From Antedon mediterranea (taxonomy: Eukaryota > Animalia > Echinodermata): a stretch of 64,000 nt of DNA. The notes below the pieces were generated by a model, which ran no database searches, had not been told where the DNA came from, and saw only the letters and a program-made list of their open reading frames with translations. Shown here one piece after another: positions 61,960-64,000 of the stretch. The translations under genes were made by a program, and so were the position numbers. Each line of letters opens with the position of its first letter. Position 1 is the stretch's first letter. The DNA lies in NCBI RefSeq assembly GCF_964355755.1, contig NC_092676.1:7045888-7109887 (forward strand), written 5' to 3'.

Positions 61960-62140
61960 AGCTTGGTTTCCATTAGCGACGCAACGTAACGAAACCTACG
62001 CAACATAAGCAAATGCACTTCCAATAATTGTGTTTGTCCCCATCTGCGTGAAATCAAACCTGTGATTTTCGCAGCACTATTGCGTTGTCCGTTCCCACTT
62101 GTGATTACGTTATACATCACTTTGCGTCAATACGTCGCTA
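61960..62140. mobile_element. Family B-related MITE, right end eroded
   Basis: AGCTTGGTTTCCATTAGCGACGCAAC; interior matches 61544-61714. Confidence 0.75.
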
Positions 62141-62318
62141 ACTACTGAGTCCCTATCCCCTCCCACCCAAGACGAGTTTGACCGGATTGAAGAGCAAGCA
62201 ACATATGCAATAAAAATTAAACAATTTTTTCATGAATTATATGTACTGTAGATTTCCAATCCAAGCAAATAAGGTACCGTAATCCATAAACTATAATTAT
62301 AACCATGTTCCATTTTAG

Positions 62319-62474
62319 AATTACGGAGATTCAAGGTAGTTACCCAAAAGGAATGCGCGTTGAATACGTCAGTGGTTATGGACCGAATAATGCAATCGTC
62401 AAAGTTAGAGTCACGTTTAGACCTATGAAGGAGAGAACCTATGTATACAGCTTTACCGCTACGGACAACAATGG
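62319..62474 (+). CDS. Secreted protein, coding exon 7
   Basis: CATTTTAG| ITEIQGSYPKGM...VTFRP...YSFTATDNNG |GTAAGT; 156 nt, phase 2 to 2. Ig/cadherin-like beta-strand pattern. Confidence 0.88.
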
Positions 62475-62512
62475 GTAAGTCTCGTCAAAACAAGTTCATA
62501 CTTCTTTACGTA

Positions 62513-62900
62513 TTCTTTCTTTTCTTTCTTTTATTTACCCAAAAATATAAACATAAATAAAAGATAAAATTTCAAGGGAAGGGCTGAAAAATAGGGTAAA
62601 AAAAATAAATTTCAGCCCCTAAATATTGAAAATTAAATAGTCAGATAAAAGGGCAACCTTTCTAAAAATATACATAATATAATATACATAAAAACCTTTT
62701 TTTTCAAATAAACTTTCTCTCAAATATATAATTATTTTTTAGAAATAAATAAATATCTTAAACAAACAAATAAAAATCTTTAAACATCTGGAATATCATT
62801 TCACAGGTTTCCGCCGCAATACCTGATTTTTTCTTGTCTGTGAACTTTTTGAATAATGAATTATTGTATAAAATAAATTTGTTGTCTCCAGAAATTTACC
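62513..62900 (-). mobile_element. Degenerate LINE 3' end
   Basis: Minus strand RYCGGNL*NDIP (GxxLWNxIP-type ORF2 end), followed by AATAAA and a (GAAA)n tail. Confidence 0.5.
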
Positions 62901-63023
62901 ATTATACTATCATGAACAAATAAATAGTTAAATACTGATATTGCTGATAATTCATTATAATTAATGAGATATTTTGTTTATATTTGATACGACATTTATT
63001 AATTAAGGATCTTTTCAATGTAG

Positions 63024-63064
63024 GGTGCAGAGTAATCCGACTTCAGGACTTTTGAGAGTATCAT
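63024..63064 (+). CDS. Secreted protein, coding exon 8 (41 nt)
   Basis: CTTTTCAATGTAG| VQSNPTSGLLRVS |GTAAGT; phase 2 to 1 bridges exons 7 and 9. Confidence 0.78.
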
Positions 63065-63664
63065 GTAAGTTTTGATGTAACTAACCTTTCTGTTTTACGT
63101 TAATTAAATTAATCTTATCGAAATTGTATATAGGCCTATTGTTTGAATGTTTTACGAAGGAACGAAATCAAATGTTGATTTTGTGGTACACCAAGTTTAT
63201 ATAGTTCTGAAAAGAGTTTCTATCTCTTTTTATACTATAACGTGGTGTACCGCAACATTACTTATCATATTATTACAATAATAAATTTGGTTTGTTTTAA
63301 ATATAATTACCATGCGGATTAAAATGATTAAACAATTATTTAATGTTGACTGCAAACGGGATTCTTTTTTAAATTTCAATATTTTGCACAGAGACGCCTC
63401 ACAAAGATAAACCACCTTAGCTTCAAGGTGCCTCAGATGCAATTATTAAACATATACACCAATCAAATCTTGAAAAATAAAAAATGGCTGTACATAATAC
63501 AAAAATTAAACATTTTCACATTTTCAGATCCAAAAATTAAAAAAATCACTTACAAATTTAAAATTATTTATCTTTATTTTTCTCTCATAAATCTAGGCCT
63601 ATTGCATAACTCACAAAAGCCTACACTCATCACTCTTCATCTTTTTATTTCTTTATACACATAG

Positions 63665-63786
63665 CAAAGTTTTTTCAACAAGTCGCTCCTGAACCACCAG
63701 CCATCTTACCACACTTGTCAACACCAGCAATTAACACAGTCTACGACGGCAACGAAGATATGTGGATACTTAAGTTTGATTCTCCG
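63665..63786 (+). CDS. Secreted protein, coding exon 9 (gene continues past the window)
   Basis: TTTATACACATAG| SKFFQQVAPEPPAILPHLSTPAINTVYDGNEDMWILKFDSP |GTAGGC; 122 nt, phase 1 to 0. Confidence 0.78.
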
Positions 63787-63830
63787 GTAGGCCTAAATCG
63801 TCTTATCTATTTTAATGCAAAGTTACATGG

Positions 63831-63962
63831 AACAAGGCCAACAGCCATTAAGTCGCGTGCTACAATGCATAATGATAACGGACCGACAGACAGACCGACA
63901 GACAGACCGACAGACAGACCGACCGACATAGTGAACTATAGTCGCGTCCACGCGACTAAAAA
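63831..63962 (-). mobile_element. DINE-1/HINE-like (Helentron-associated) element
   Basis: Minus strand begins TTTTTAGTCGCGTGGACGCGACTA (hairpin), then a (GTCK)n microsatellite, a subterminal ACGCGACT repeat, and a short 3' stem-loop before TTGTT. Confidence 0.75.
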
Positions 63963-64000
63963 GGCATAATTTTGACGAATTTTTTAAACTTTTTCATCAA

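Noticed and set aside
63428-63664. ORF and acceptor near 63527 as an extra exon
   Set aside because: Very AT-rich intron-like sequence; exon 8 joins 63665 in frame without it.

Overview
AT-rich animal genomic DNA. An invertebrate, plausibly an echinoderm, is an inference from gene and repeat style only. Contents: (1) a young, intact, very compact Ty3/Gypsy LTR retrotransposon at 1-4275 (minus strand, 3' LTR cut by the window edge); (2) a Frizzled-4 gene with an intronless CDS at 14328-15971, in about 43 kb of otherwise non-coding, MITE-rich sequence; (3) a small orphan PPxY-motif gene on the minus strand (47713-48578); (4) a 9-exon, still-open secreted-protein gene on the plus strand (51578 to beyond 63786) that the ORF track catches only in fragments, and whose 6.9-kb third intron holds a frame-preserving 69-bp array, a 135-155-bp satellite, a long palindrome and a LINE remnant; (5) many non-autonomous elements (Harbinger-, hAT-, Kolobok-, pogo/Tc1- and Helentron-like, SINE, LINE ends). 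The most unusual signals are a MITE carrying a CArG-CRE-CArG module that has expanded into a 21-bp-phased array of 17 CArG boxes downstream of Fz4, and at least 44 copies of the palindrome TAGGCCTA that look like insertion or excision scars at TA sites. All calls were made by eye; family names come from motif recall, not from searches.
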